The notes under the pieces: model-generated | What the model was told of the DNA's origin: nothing | What the model saw: the letters and a program-made list of their open reading frames with translations, nothing else | The model's database searches: none | In this document: piece by piece, positions 30,484-39,069 of the stretch | Layout of the letters: each line of letters opens with the position of its first letter | Numbering within the stretch: the stretch's first letter is position 1 | Translations under genes and position numbers: made by a program | Assembly (NCBI GenBank): GCA_013374835.1 | Contig: CP055307.1 | Span: forward strand, 343,315-407,314 | Reading direction: 5' to 3' | From: Candidatus Woesebacteria bacterium | GTDB lineage: Bacteria; Patescibacteriota; Microgenomatia; UBA8517 | DNA: 64,000 bases

Positions 30484-31806
30484 ATGTATAGAAAAACCGG
30501 AAGGCGAATTGTCATAATTTTAGTAATTACATTAGCATCACTTTATATTAGTCTTCCAAATATAATTCCGGTAAAAATAAATTATAAAGATAAAAGAATA
30601 GTAGATACCGTATTAAAAAAAAGATTTTTGGCTAATGATCTTAGGCTTGGGCTTGATTTGGTTGGCGGAAGTTATCTTGTGTTTGAGGCGGATACTTCGG
30701 AAATTTCACCCGAGTTACGTGCGGATGCTTTAAGCTCATTGAAAGATGTTATGGAAAAGAGAGTAAACTTGTTTGGTATTGCCGAGCCTAATATTCAGCT
30801 TTCTTCGTTTGAGGGGAGAGATAGAATAATTGTTGAATTGCCGGGAGTGCGAGATACAAAGGAGGCGATTGAATTAGTTGGAAAGACTGCTCAGCTGACT
30901 TTTGCAGAAGTTGTTGAACCAGCAGATGAGGGAGAAGAGGCAGGCTTGGCAGTTACTGATTTAACTGGCGCTGATTTGATTGATGCCGAGGTGGGATTTG
31001 ACCAGGTAAGCGGAAAGCCTGTAGTGATAGTTAGGTTTAACAATGAGGGGAAGGAAAAATTTTCGAAATTAACTGAAAAAAATATCAACAAACCGCTTCC
31101 AATTATTTTAGATGGGCAGGTAATATCTGCGCCTGTTGTTCAAGACAAGATTGATGGAGGGGTTGCGCAGATTTCAGGAGATTTTACCATAGATGAAGCA
31201 AAAGAGCTTAGTATTCAATTAAACGCAGGAGCTTTGCCTGTTAAAGTTGAGTTGGTTTCTGAAAGGACGGTTGGTGCCAGCTTGGGAAGAGAGTCGGTTG
31301 AAAAAAGCGTTAGAGCAGGTATTGTAGGACTTTTATTTGTTTTGGTATTTATGGCGGTTTTTTACGGCAAGCTTGGATTGGTCGCCGATATAGGTTTAAT
31401 AATATTTGGATTGATTACCCTTTCTCTTTATAAGCTTATACCCGTTGTTTTGACGCTACCTGGGATTGCCGGATTTTTGCTATCCGTGGGTATGGCTGTG
31501 GATTCAAATATTTTAATTTTCGAGAGGTTTCGTGAGGAGCGAAGAGTGGGGGTAAATATAATTTACGCGCTTGAGACTTCGTTTGACCGCGCTTGGGATT
31601 CGATAAAAGATGCTAATATTGCTACTCTTTTGACCGCTTTTGTCTTGGCGAATCCCTTGAATTGGAATTTTCTTCACACATCAGGGCCTGTACGGGGTTT
31701 TGCAATTACTCTTGCTTTGGGTATTGGGATAAGTCTTTTTACTGGTATTTTTGTGTCCAGAAATTTGCTTCGCTATTTTATTAGAGAAAGGAGTGACAAC
31801 AAATGA
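30484..31806 (+). CDS. secD: Protein translocase subunit SecD
   Basis: LGLDLVGG, LNAGALP, GMAVDSNILIFER, GFAITL. Confidence 0.96.
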   Translation: MYRKTGRRIVIILVITLASLYISLPNIIPVKINYKDKRIVDTVLKKRFLANDLRLGLDLVGGSYLVFEADTSEISPELRADALSSLKDVMEKRVNLFGIAEPNIQLSSFEGRDRIIVELPGVRDTKEAIELVGKTAQLTFAEVVEPADEGEEAGLAVTDLTGADLIDAEVGFDQVSGKPVVIVRFNNEGKEKFSKLTEKNINKPLPIILDGQVISAPVVQDKIDGGVAQISGDFTIDEAKELSIQLNAGALPVKVELVSERTVGASLGRESVEKSVRAGIVGLLFVLVFMAVFYGKLGLVADIGLIIFGLITLSLYKLIPVVLTLPGIAGFLLSVGMAVDSNILIFERFREERRVGVNIIYALETSFDRAWDSIKDANIATLLTAFVLANPLNWNFLHTSGPVRGFAITLALGIGISLFTGIFVSRNLLRYFIRERSDNK

Positions 31807-32693
31807 ACTGGATGAAATACAGACCTTTTTATTTAGTTCTTAGTGTTTTCATGATTGCACTGTCTTTTTATGGGATTATCGGGTGGGGTGTCAATTTAGG
31901 CGTTGATTTCTTGGGTGGTGCTATGATTGAGTATTCATTTTCCAATGTCGTGTCGACAGAGGATGTTTCAAACTCGCTAAATAAAGAAGGATTTGATGTG
32001 GCTAGTGTTCAGGTAATTGGAGACGGGAATATATTAATTCGTCTTGCTGAGGTGGATGAAAAAGCACGTGAGAGGATTAAAGAGATACTTGGTGAATTGG
32101 CCGGCGGTGAAGTATCAGAAGTTCGCTACGAAAGTGTAGGACCATCCATCGGACCCGAGCTTATAAAAAAGACAGTTTATGCCGTAATTATTTCAGCCGG
32201 AGGTATACTTATTTGGGTTGCATTGCAGTTTAGGAGTTTAAGATTCGGTGTTTCGGCGATACTAGCGATGTTTCATGACAGTTTTATTTTGGTTGGCAGT
32301 AGCTCGATTTTAGGCTATTTTTTTGGAATGGAGGTTGATTTCTTGTTTGTTACAGCACTTTTGACCACTCTTTCTTTTTCGGTGCATGATACGATTGTGG
32401 TTTATGATAGGATACGCGAGATCAGAAGAAAAAAGGGAGGTGAGTTTAAGGATATTGCTAATAGAGCAATATCTGAAACAATGAGAAGATCGATAAATAA
32501 TTCTGTTACAATAATCCTTATGCTTTTGGCGCTTGTTATTTTGGGTGGTACTTCTACTCGTTGGTTTGCATTGGCGCTTCTTGTGGGGACTGTTCTTGGA
32601 ACATATTCGTCTCCTTTTGTGGCTGTTCCGCTTTTGGTTACATGGGGAGAAGTGGCTGAAAAGATTAGGAGAGTATATAATAAGAAAATATAA
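31803..32693 (+). CDS. secF: Protein translocase subunit SecF
   Basis: LGVDFLGG, VGPSIG, SVHDTIVVYDRIRE, GTYSS. Confidence 0.96.
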   Translation: MNWMKYRPFYLVLSVFMIALSFYGIIGWGVNLGVDFLGGAMIEYSFSNVVSTEDVSNSLNKEGFDVASVQVIGDGNILIRLAEVDEKARERIKEILGELAGGEVSEVRYESVGPSIGPELIKKTVYAVIISAGGILIWVALQFRSLRFGVSAILAMFHDSFILVGSSSILGYFFGMEVDFLFVTALLTTLSFSVHDTIVVYDRIREIRRKKGGEFKDIANRAISETMRRSINNSVTIILMLLALVILGGTSTRWFALALLVGTVLGTYSSPFVAVPLLVTWGEVAEKIRRVYNKKI

Positions 32694-32701
32694 TTTGAGA
32701 G

Positions 32702-33604
32702 ATGGTTGATTGGATTAAAAGAAATAAAGTTTTGAGTTTTTTAATTCTTCTTGTTGTTTCATATTTTTTGTACTCAAAATTGGTTAGGCCCTATTTTTAT
32801 CTTCAGCGAGATTTTGATGTACCAATGAAAAGTTTGTCTGAATCCAGTGAAGGTGCGGGTGAGGTTTCTATGGCAGAGCCTATGGCTTTGAGAGATGCTC
32901 CTTTTTCGAATAGTTCACAAAAAGCAAGCTCTCAGGGTGGAATGGTTATTCAGAATTCTAGTATATCTCTTCTTGTAAGTGATGTGCGGGAAACCGGCGA
33001 AAAGATAGTTTCTTATGCAAAAAATGTGGGTGGATTTATGGCGCAGTCAAGCTACAGTAGGCCGGATGAATCAGCCTTTGCGACGATTACGGTACGAGTG
33101 CCTAAATCAAGATTTGATGAGGCTATGGCTTATTATCGATCTCTTTCAATAAAGGTTACTAACGAGATGCTTATAGGTGAGGATGTTACTGAGGAGTATG
33201 TGAATATTGAAGAGAGATTGGAAACGCTTGAAAAGACCAAGGCCAAGTTTGAAGAGATATTGGATCAGGCAAGTGAGGTTGAGGATATTTTGCAGGTAAC
33301 GAGAGAGCTTACTAATTTGCAGTACCAGATTGATGCATTGATCGGTCAGAAAGAGTCTATTGAGAAGAATGTTGAGTTAACCAAGATTACTTTGTACTTG
33401 TCAACCGATGAGCTTTCGCTTCCATATACACCTGATGATAAATTTAGGCCAAATGTGGTTTTCAAGCTTGCGGTGAGAAGTCTTGTTAAAAGTCTGATTG
33501 GAGCCGGTAAAGCTCTTATTTGGGTTGGGGTTTACAGCGTTATTTGGCTCCCTATCTTGGTAGTTATTTTTCTTGTTAGAAAAAGGAAGGGTCTTAGGAG
33601 ATAA
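32702..33604 (+). CDS. DUF4349 domain protein
   Basis: ITVRVP, EDVTEEYV, coiled coil, N- and C-terminal TM. Confidence 0.8.
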   Translation: MVDWIKRNKVLSFLILLVVSYFLYSKLVRPYFYLQRDFDVPMKSLSESSEGAGEVSMAEPMALRDAPFSNSSQKASSQGGMVIQNSSISLLVSDVRETGEKIVSYAKNVGGFMAQSSYSRPDESAFATITVRVPKSRFDEAMAYYRSLSIKVTNEMLIGEDVTEEYVNIEERLETLEKTKAKFEEILDQASEVEDILQVTRELTNLQYQIDALIGQKESIEKNVELTKITLYLSTDELSLPYTPDDKFRPNVVFKLAVRSLVKSLIGAGKALIWVGVYSVIWLPILVVIFLVRKRKGLRR

Positions 33605-33642
33605 AGTTGACTTTTGCTATTGGGATTTTGTAAAGTGAAGCT

Positions 33643-34677
33643 ATGTTAAGAAGATTTTTTCTTTTGTTAACTTGTTTGAGTTTGGGTATATTTGGGTTTT
33701 ATCAGGCTCGTTGGAGCGTATTTGCCGATGAGGAGAGGCCGGATGGTGGAGTTTTTTCCGGAGCCGATTCAAGGCTAAAGCAGGCTTATGATTGGCTTAC
33801 TACCAAGGGGGACAATTACGGAGCGACCGATGCCGTAGATTGGGACAGCACAACTAATAACTGGGGGACCTATTGGAACAGAATAATGGAGGCCGCCGCT
33901 TGGGAGCCGGACGGGACGGCTACTACGGGCGATGTCCCCAGCGGGTTTACTTTTTATGCGGGGAATGGGGATAGAACTATTAAGACGGGTACGATGTTTG
34001 AGCTTCAGGCAAATATTGCTTATGATGATTATAGGTGTTCGAATAATAATCAGGAAGGTACCGGAACATGTGCTATTGACAGCGGTGACTATGAGTATAT
34101 TGATGAGGAGGGGGTTTGGACTCTGGTGTCAGACCCGGGCGGTACACCGGCAAGCGTGACCGGGGGTGTACCTGAAGTTACTGTATCTTTGCTTTCAAAT
34201 AAGGTTTACCAAGACAATTGGACAAAGCTTTATTGGACAGACAGGACGAATGAGCAGGTGGACAATGAATTTAAGTATATAAACGGTGCTGATCGCGTAG
34301 ATCCGGGTGTGGGGATCGAGTCGTGTAATTTTAACTCGCCTGGAAATGCCAACCAATATTGTGACAATCAGGATCCCTTAGGTGTCTATACGGAGGATGA
34401 TGATGTGTCTGCCGCTGAGTTTTGCTTAAATCTCTCTCTTGATGATGGCAATGGTGTCAAAACAGACTGGAGGCTGCCTACACAGAAAGAGCTGATGCAG
34501 GCATATATTAATGGTGCGGCTAACAATTTACCCAATGTTGCTGCCAGCCATTGGTCAAGTACGGAGGGCTATAATAGCCAGAGCAATGCCTGGCACGTGT
34601 TCCTGGCCAACGGCGGCACGTACGGCTACACTAAGGATTCGGCCTCCAGGTATGCTCGATGTGTTCGCCGAGACTAA
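33643..34677 (+). CDS. Secreted DUF1566/C-type-lectin-fold protein, DGR target-like
   Basis: Signal peptide; C-terminal DWRLPTQKEL...HWSSTE...AWHV...RCVRRD. Confidence 0.85.
   Translation: MLRRFFLLLTCLSLGIFGFYQARWSVFADEERPDGGVFSGADSRLKQAYDWLTTKGDNYGATDAVDWDSTTNNWGTYWNRIMEAAAWEPDGTATTGDVPSGFTFYAGNGDRTIKTGTMFELQANIAYDDYRCSNNNQEGTGTCAIDSGDYEYIDEEGVWTLVSDPGGTPASVTGGVPEVTVSLLSNKVYQDNWTKLYWTDRTNEQVDNEFKYINGADRVDPGVGIESCNFNSPGNANQYCDNQDPLGVYTEDDDVSAAEFCLNLSLDDGNGVKTDWRLPTQKELMQAYINGAANNLPNVAASHWSSTEGYNSQSNAWHVFLANGGTYGYTKDSASRYARCVRRD
34617..34675 (+). repeat. DGR variable-region (VR) 3' part
   Basis: 43/59 ungapped identity to 34858-34916; NNC/NNT codons at variable positions. Confidence 0.7.
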
Positions 34678-34750
34678 AATAGAATTTAAACTATTTATTT
34701 TTTATAATTTTGACGCTATTCTGAATGTAGCCTAAGATTTTATCTTTTCA

Positions 34751-34812
34751 ACCCCGTTAGATAGTACTTGAATGATAGATTTGATCTTGTTTTGAGTATT
34801 ATCTAATGGGGT
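34751..34812 (+). repeat. Long imperfect hairpin ACCCCGTTAGA...TCTAATGGGGT
   Basis: 22-bp stem in which all four non-Watson-Crick pairs are G:U on the + strand. Confidence 0.7.
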
Positions 34813-34857
34813 AATGGGAGATGAAGATAGTTTTTAAAAATTAGTCTGTTTCGCTTT

Positions 34858-34916
34858 CACGAACAACAATACTAAGGATTCAGGGAGCCGCTATGCATGT
34901 TGCGTTCGCCGAGACT
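34858..34916 (+). repeat. Truncated, degenerate DGR template-repeat-like copy
   Basis: ACG AAC AAC AAT ACT AAG GAT TC... vs VR ACG TAC GGC TAC ACT AAG GAT TC...; shared 3' end GTTCGCCGAGACT. Confidence 0.65.
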
Positions 34917-35171
34917 TATGTTTTAGAAACTTGGTTACGAGCCCACCTTAATTAGCCACTAAGCATTTACCTATTTCTTCAGGAGCAGGAAGCCGGTCAA
35001 AGTGTGAGCAAGTTGCTTTCAAGATTTAGTTTAAATTCGACGAGAGCGTTGATGGTGGTTCTTTTATGTCGGAGGCAGGCAAGACAAGCAGCCAGCACAA
35101 CTTGGGCATTGTAAATATACTCGTTTGTGGTAGTGTGTGTATTTACTGGAGTGGTTATTGACATTTTTGAC

Positions 35172-35486
35172 TTATGGCTTTGACGTCTCGAGGCGATGAA
35201 GACGTATTTGATGGTTTTTAAGCATATTGTCGTGTTTTTCTAGACGATGGTTTATTATTACTCGTTCCTCTCGGCTTGCTTGGACTTCTTTGAGTATGGG
35301 ATCAATTCTGTCGTAAAATTCGCTTCTCCAGAACTGAAATTCTTGTCTGATTTCTTCTTTTATGTCTTCAAGATCATCTTTAGTAGCAAATCTTTTTAGA
35401 TCATCTTTAGTAGCAAATCTTTTTAGATCATCTTTAGTAGCAAAAATGGTTTTAAGTTTTTTTATGTCCTTATCTGTTATTGCCAT
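35172..35486 (-). CDS. Small coiled-coil protein with FATKDDLKR repeats
   Basis: 104-aa ORF with three ATKDDL units. Confidence 0.75.
   Translation of the reverse strand: MAITDKDIKKLKTIFATKDDLKRFATKDDLKRFATKDDLEDIKEEIRQEFQFWRSEFYDRIDPILKEVQASREERVIINHRLEKHDNMLKNHQIRLHRLETSKP
35371..35444. repeat. Perfect 27-bp tandem repeat, ~2.7 copies
   Basis: AGATCATCTTTAGTAGCAAATCTTTTT x2 plus 20 bp. Confidence 0.95.
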
Positions 35487-35599
35487 AATTCATTTTACTT
35501 TTTGGTTAATTATTTTCAAGGATCAATATATACATAATTTGTAAAAGGGTAAAATTATGTGTTATGGTAAAGAGATGAACGGTGGATAGATTTGTTGCA

Positions 35600-37702
35600 A
35601 TGAAAAAGGTTTTAACTGCTTTAGTAATAGAGATCGTTATTTTTGTGGTTAGTGTAGGTTTTGTTTCAGCGGCTTCGGTTTCTGTAAAGGGGCGTGCAAG
35701 AGTGATAAATACAGACGGCTTTCTTGATTTTACTAATTACAATTCAAACGTGACTGTTGATAACGAGGGTGGGAATTTTTCCGGCTACGCGTTCTTAGAA
35801 GATATCGGCTGGGTGGATTTTAGCGGGGTGACTATTGATTTAGCGAGTGGAGTTGTTAGCGGGAGCGCTGAGATTTCCGCAACGAGCGGGATTTTGGATT
35901 TTACAAATTATAATTCCAATGTGTCTGCTAATATAAGTAGCGGTGTTTTTAGTGGTTATGTTTTCTCTCAAGACTTGGGGTGGATTGATTTTTCTGAACC
36001 TGGTGTGAACACAAATAGCATAACACTTGATACGGTTGCCCCATTGGGATTTTCTCTAGATAGCCCCGGGGGAGATACTTATACTACAAATACTCGACCT
36101 ACTTATAGATGGAAGACGACGAGTGATGAACTAACTAATATTGCTTCTTATAGCCTGGAGGTTGATAACGGCGACAGTGGTGATTTTTCGATTGCTAATA
36201 TTCCGGCAGAGAGAACGGAGGATTGGGTTACTGCCAAATATACGGCAAAATACAGCGGGTTTTCCGATAGTGATACAGACAATAATTATATAAGCGTTTA
36301 TACGCATTCTTCGAGCGAGTGGGTACAAGAAAATAATGACGGGGAGCTTAAGGAGGGAAAACGCATTTGGAAAGTTAAGGCTAAGGATTCAAATGGTAAT
36401 GAGCGGGTTGAGACAAGAACGCTTTTTGTGGACTTAACAGCCCCAACGATTGGTGAATTGTATGTAAACCAGAAAAGTTATACGTCGAACTTGGCAACAC
36501 CCGATGTAAGACCTGTTATTTCCGGAAGATTGATTGACTACTTGGCGGGAGACAAAGATGAAAACAAAGTTGCCTCCGGCCCTAATGAAATTGAGATAAA
36601 AATCGAGAAACAGAATTTTTCGGGTTTATATGAGATTCATAGTTTGGTAAATATAAAGACTCCAAAGTCGTTCTGGCTTGAGACGCACGAGGAGATAATT
36701 GATAACGGCAAACAGCTTTATGCAAAATATTCTGATTTTTCTTTTTCTCCGGCTGAAAACTTTGCAAGAGGAAAATATAGGATTAGTCTGAAGGGTAAAG
36801 ATTCGGCGGGAAATATGGGCAGCGAAATATTTTTTAATTTGGAAATTGTCGGTGAAGAAAAAATCAGAGAAATTATAGAAAAAGAGGAGGAAGATACGGC
36901 CGATATTGGAATTGAGAAAGAGAAAGAGAAGATAAGTGAGAAAGAGGCGGAGGATTTGGTAGTTTCTATTCCTGAAGAAATTGAAGATGGGGAAGGTTTT
37001 TTAGCCAAACTTGGTGGTTTTGTAAACAGAGTGTACTGGAGAATTGTCGGTACTACAAAGTCAGGTATTACTTTTATTGCCCAGGTTTGGAAGGGGTATA
37101 GTGGATTTGTCCACGAGGCAAATGAAAGATCGCTTGCGTTTGTCGGCAGGCAGATTAGTGCGACGGGGCAGACTCTAGCCGGTACTTATAATTCTTTGAC
37201 GCAAAAAGCTCCGGGAGTCGTTGGCAGGGCAATGTTGGCGTTTAATAATGCGCTTGGAAGGTCGGGCACTGCGATAGCTTCCGTATTTAATTCAACGACA
37301 GATCTTATTGCAAGTACTGGCTGGGGAGTTGTCGGTTATTTTAGTCCAATGGTTGATTCGGCGGGGCAATTTGTTTATAGACAGCAGGTTAAGATTTCAT
37401 CTATTGCCGAGATTCTTTTTGATGAAGATCCAACTGTCATTTCAAGCGTAAAGGTGGCCGAGGTGGGCCGTGATTATGTGGTTATCACTTGGGAGACGAA
37501 TCATTATACAAAAAACAATAAGATCAATTATGGCAGAGATTTGTCTTACGGGCAAGACGTGATTTCCCAGGAGCGAGCCCGGCGCCATGAGTTTAAGATA
37601 GACGGCCTTGAGCCGGGAACTAAATATTATTTTGAAGTAATGAGCCAGAACAAAAATTATGTTTATGATGCATACCATGAGTTTAGCACACTTAATGAAT
37701 GA
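35600..37702 (+). CDS. Secreted surface protein with duplicated beta repeat, Ig-like and C-terminal FN3-like domain
   Basis: Signal peptide; two LDFTNYNSNV...FSGY.F..D.GW.DFS repeats; VITWET...YG...GLEPGTKYYFEV. Confidence 0.75.
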   Translation: MKKVLTALVIEIVIFVVSVGFVSAASVSVKGRARVINTDGFLDFTNYNSNVTVDNEGGNFSGYAFLEDIGWVDFSGVTIDLASGVVSGSAEISATSGILDFTNYNSNVSANISSGVFSGYVFSQDLGWIDFSEPGVNTNSITLDTVAPLGFSLDSPGGDTYTTNTRPTYRWKTTSDELTNIASYSLEVDNGDSGDFSIANIPAERTEDWVTAKYTAKYSGFSDSDTDNNYISVYTHSSSEWVQENNDGELKEGKRIWKVKAKDSNGNERVETRTLFVDLTAPTIGELYVNQKSYTSNLATPDVRPVISGRLIDYLAGDKDENKVASGPNEIEIKIEKQNFSGLYEIHSLVNIKTPKSFWLETHEEIIDNGKQLYAKYSDFSFSPAENFARGKYRISLKGKDSAGNMGSEIFFNLEIVGEEKIREIIEKEEEDTADIGIEKEKEKISEKEAEDLVVSIPEEIEDGEGFLAKLGGFVNRVYWRIVGTTKSGITFIAQVWKGYSGFVHEANERSLAFVGRQISATGQTLAGTYNSLTQKAPGVVGRAMLAFNNALGRSGTAIASVFNSTTDLIASTGWGVVGYFSPMVDSAGQFVYRQQVKISSIAEILFDEDPTVISSVKVAEVGRDYVVITWETNHYTKNNKINYGRDLSYGQDVISQERARRHEFKIDGLEPGTKYYFEVMSQNKNYVYDAYHEFSTLNE

Positions 37703-37708
37703 AAAGTG

Positions 37709-39052
37709 CTAAGCAAGCTCTTTTAGTCTTTTTAGAAGCTCACCCCTTTTGTTGTCAATCTTTTTATCTTCGACTTCTTTGAAAAGTGTTTCTAAGATTT
37801 CACCAACTTTTGGACCGGGTTTTATACCAAGCTCTTTCATTACGTCGTGACCTGTTATTTTTAGATCGTGGATTGTAAATGGAGTTTTTTGTACTTCAAT
37901 TAGACGTTTTTTAAATTCCTCGGTGCGCCATGAGGTTTCGCGAGCACCGCTTCCCAGCCTGTCTGCTCTTCTTAATTCAAGCATATCCTCGACATTTTCG
38001 AGTCCTACTTTTCTTATGAATCTTTTTATTGCTTTATCGCTTTGGTTTTCGTCAACTGTAAATTGGTGATAGCGTACAAGTTTGTAGAGTTTTTCCCCCT
38101 CTTTTTTTGATAGTCTTAGTCTTGATGCTATGTTTTTCGCAATTTTTGCTCCGACTATTTCATGATTATAGAAAGTGATTATTCCCCCACTTGTTTTTTT
38201 ATAGGTTTGAGGTTTTCCTATGTCGTGGATAAATGTTGCTAGAGCAACAACCGGATCGTTTGATTTTAGGCTTTTAAGGGACATCAGAGCATGGGTTCCT
38301 ACGTCATAGATGTGGTGTCTTTGCGGAGAAACCTGATCTACACCAAACATTTTTTCTGCTTCCGGAAGGATTTCTTTCAAGAGATTTGTTTCTCTCATAA
38401 GCGTGATACCCTGAATTGGGTTCGGTGAAATTAGGATTTTAAAAAGTTCGTCTTTTATTCTTTCTTTGGCGATTTTATTTATTAAAGTGGCGGATGATTT
38501 AATAGCGTTGAAAGTTTCGTCTTCGATTGAAAATCCAAGCTGTGATGCTATGCGTAGTGCACGCAGAAGCCTAAGCGCATCTTCTTTTATGCGTTCGTTT
38601 GGGTCACCTACGGCTCTAATTAATTTTTTTTGAATGTCTTTTTGTCCGTTGAAAGGATCAATAATTGAGAGGGTAGTTGGGTCGATAGCCATGGCGTTGA
38701 TAGTAAAGTCGCGGCGATTTAAGTCCTCGGTGAGACTTTTCCCCCACTTGATTTTATCGGGACGACGGGAATCGGAATAGCCTTCTTCCGTTCTAAATGT
38801 AGTTATTTCGTGGGGTTTAAGATCAGGATCTTTTGCCGGTATACCAACTGTTCCGAACTTATTATCGTAGAAGCCGTTTTTGAATATTTTAAGAATTTCG
38901 TCGGGTGTGGCGTTTGTTGCGAAGTCCCAGTCGTTTATTATTTTGCCCATTAGAATGTCTCTTACTGCCCCTCCGACTATATAAATTTCGAAGCCTTTTG
39001 ATTTTAGTTTACGTGAAATTTTTATAACTTCATCTGGTAAAGATATCTTCAT
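37709..39052 (-). CDS. cca: CCA tRNA nucleotidyltransferase / polyA polymerase family with HD domain
   Basis: VGGAVRD..DWDFAT, DLNRRDFTINA, EDALRLLR, HDIGK. Confidence 0.92.
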   Translation of the reverse strand: MKISLPDEVIKISRKLKSKGFEIYIVGGAVRDILMGKIINDWDFATNATPDEILKIFKNGFYDNKFGTVGIPAKDPDLKPHEITTFRTEEGYSDSRRPDKIKWGKSLTEDLNRRDFTINAMAIDPTTLSIIDPFNGQKDIQKKLIRAVGDPNERIKEDALRLLRALRIASQLGFSIEDETFNAIKSSATLINKIAKERIKDELFKILISPNPIQGITLMRETNLLKEILPEAEKMFGVDQVSPQRHHIYDVGTHALMSLKSLKSNDPVVALATFIHDIGKPQTYKKTSGGIITFYNHEIVGAKIAKNIASRLRLSKKEGEKLYKLVRYHQFTVDENQSDKAIKRFIRKVGLENVEDMLELRRADRLGSGARETSWRTEEFKKRLIEVQKTPFTIHDLKITGHDVMKELGIKPGPKVGEILETLFKEVEDKKIDNKRGELLKRLKELA

Positions 39053-39069
39053 ATGCTAAATTATACGAT

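Noticed and set aside
34858-34916. Calling a complete, active DGR
   Set aside because: No RT or avd in the window, the copy is only 59 bp, and 9 of 16 mismatches are at non-adenine positions.
35371-35444. Possible CRISPR array
   Set aside because: Repeats are contiguous without spacers, in frame within a CDS, and no cas genes are present.
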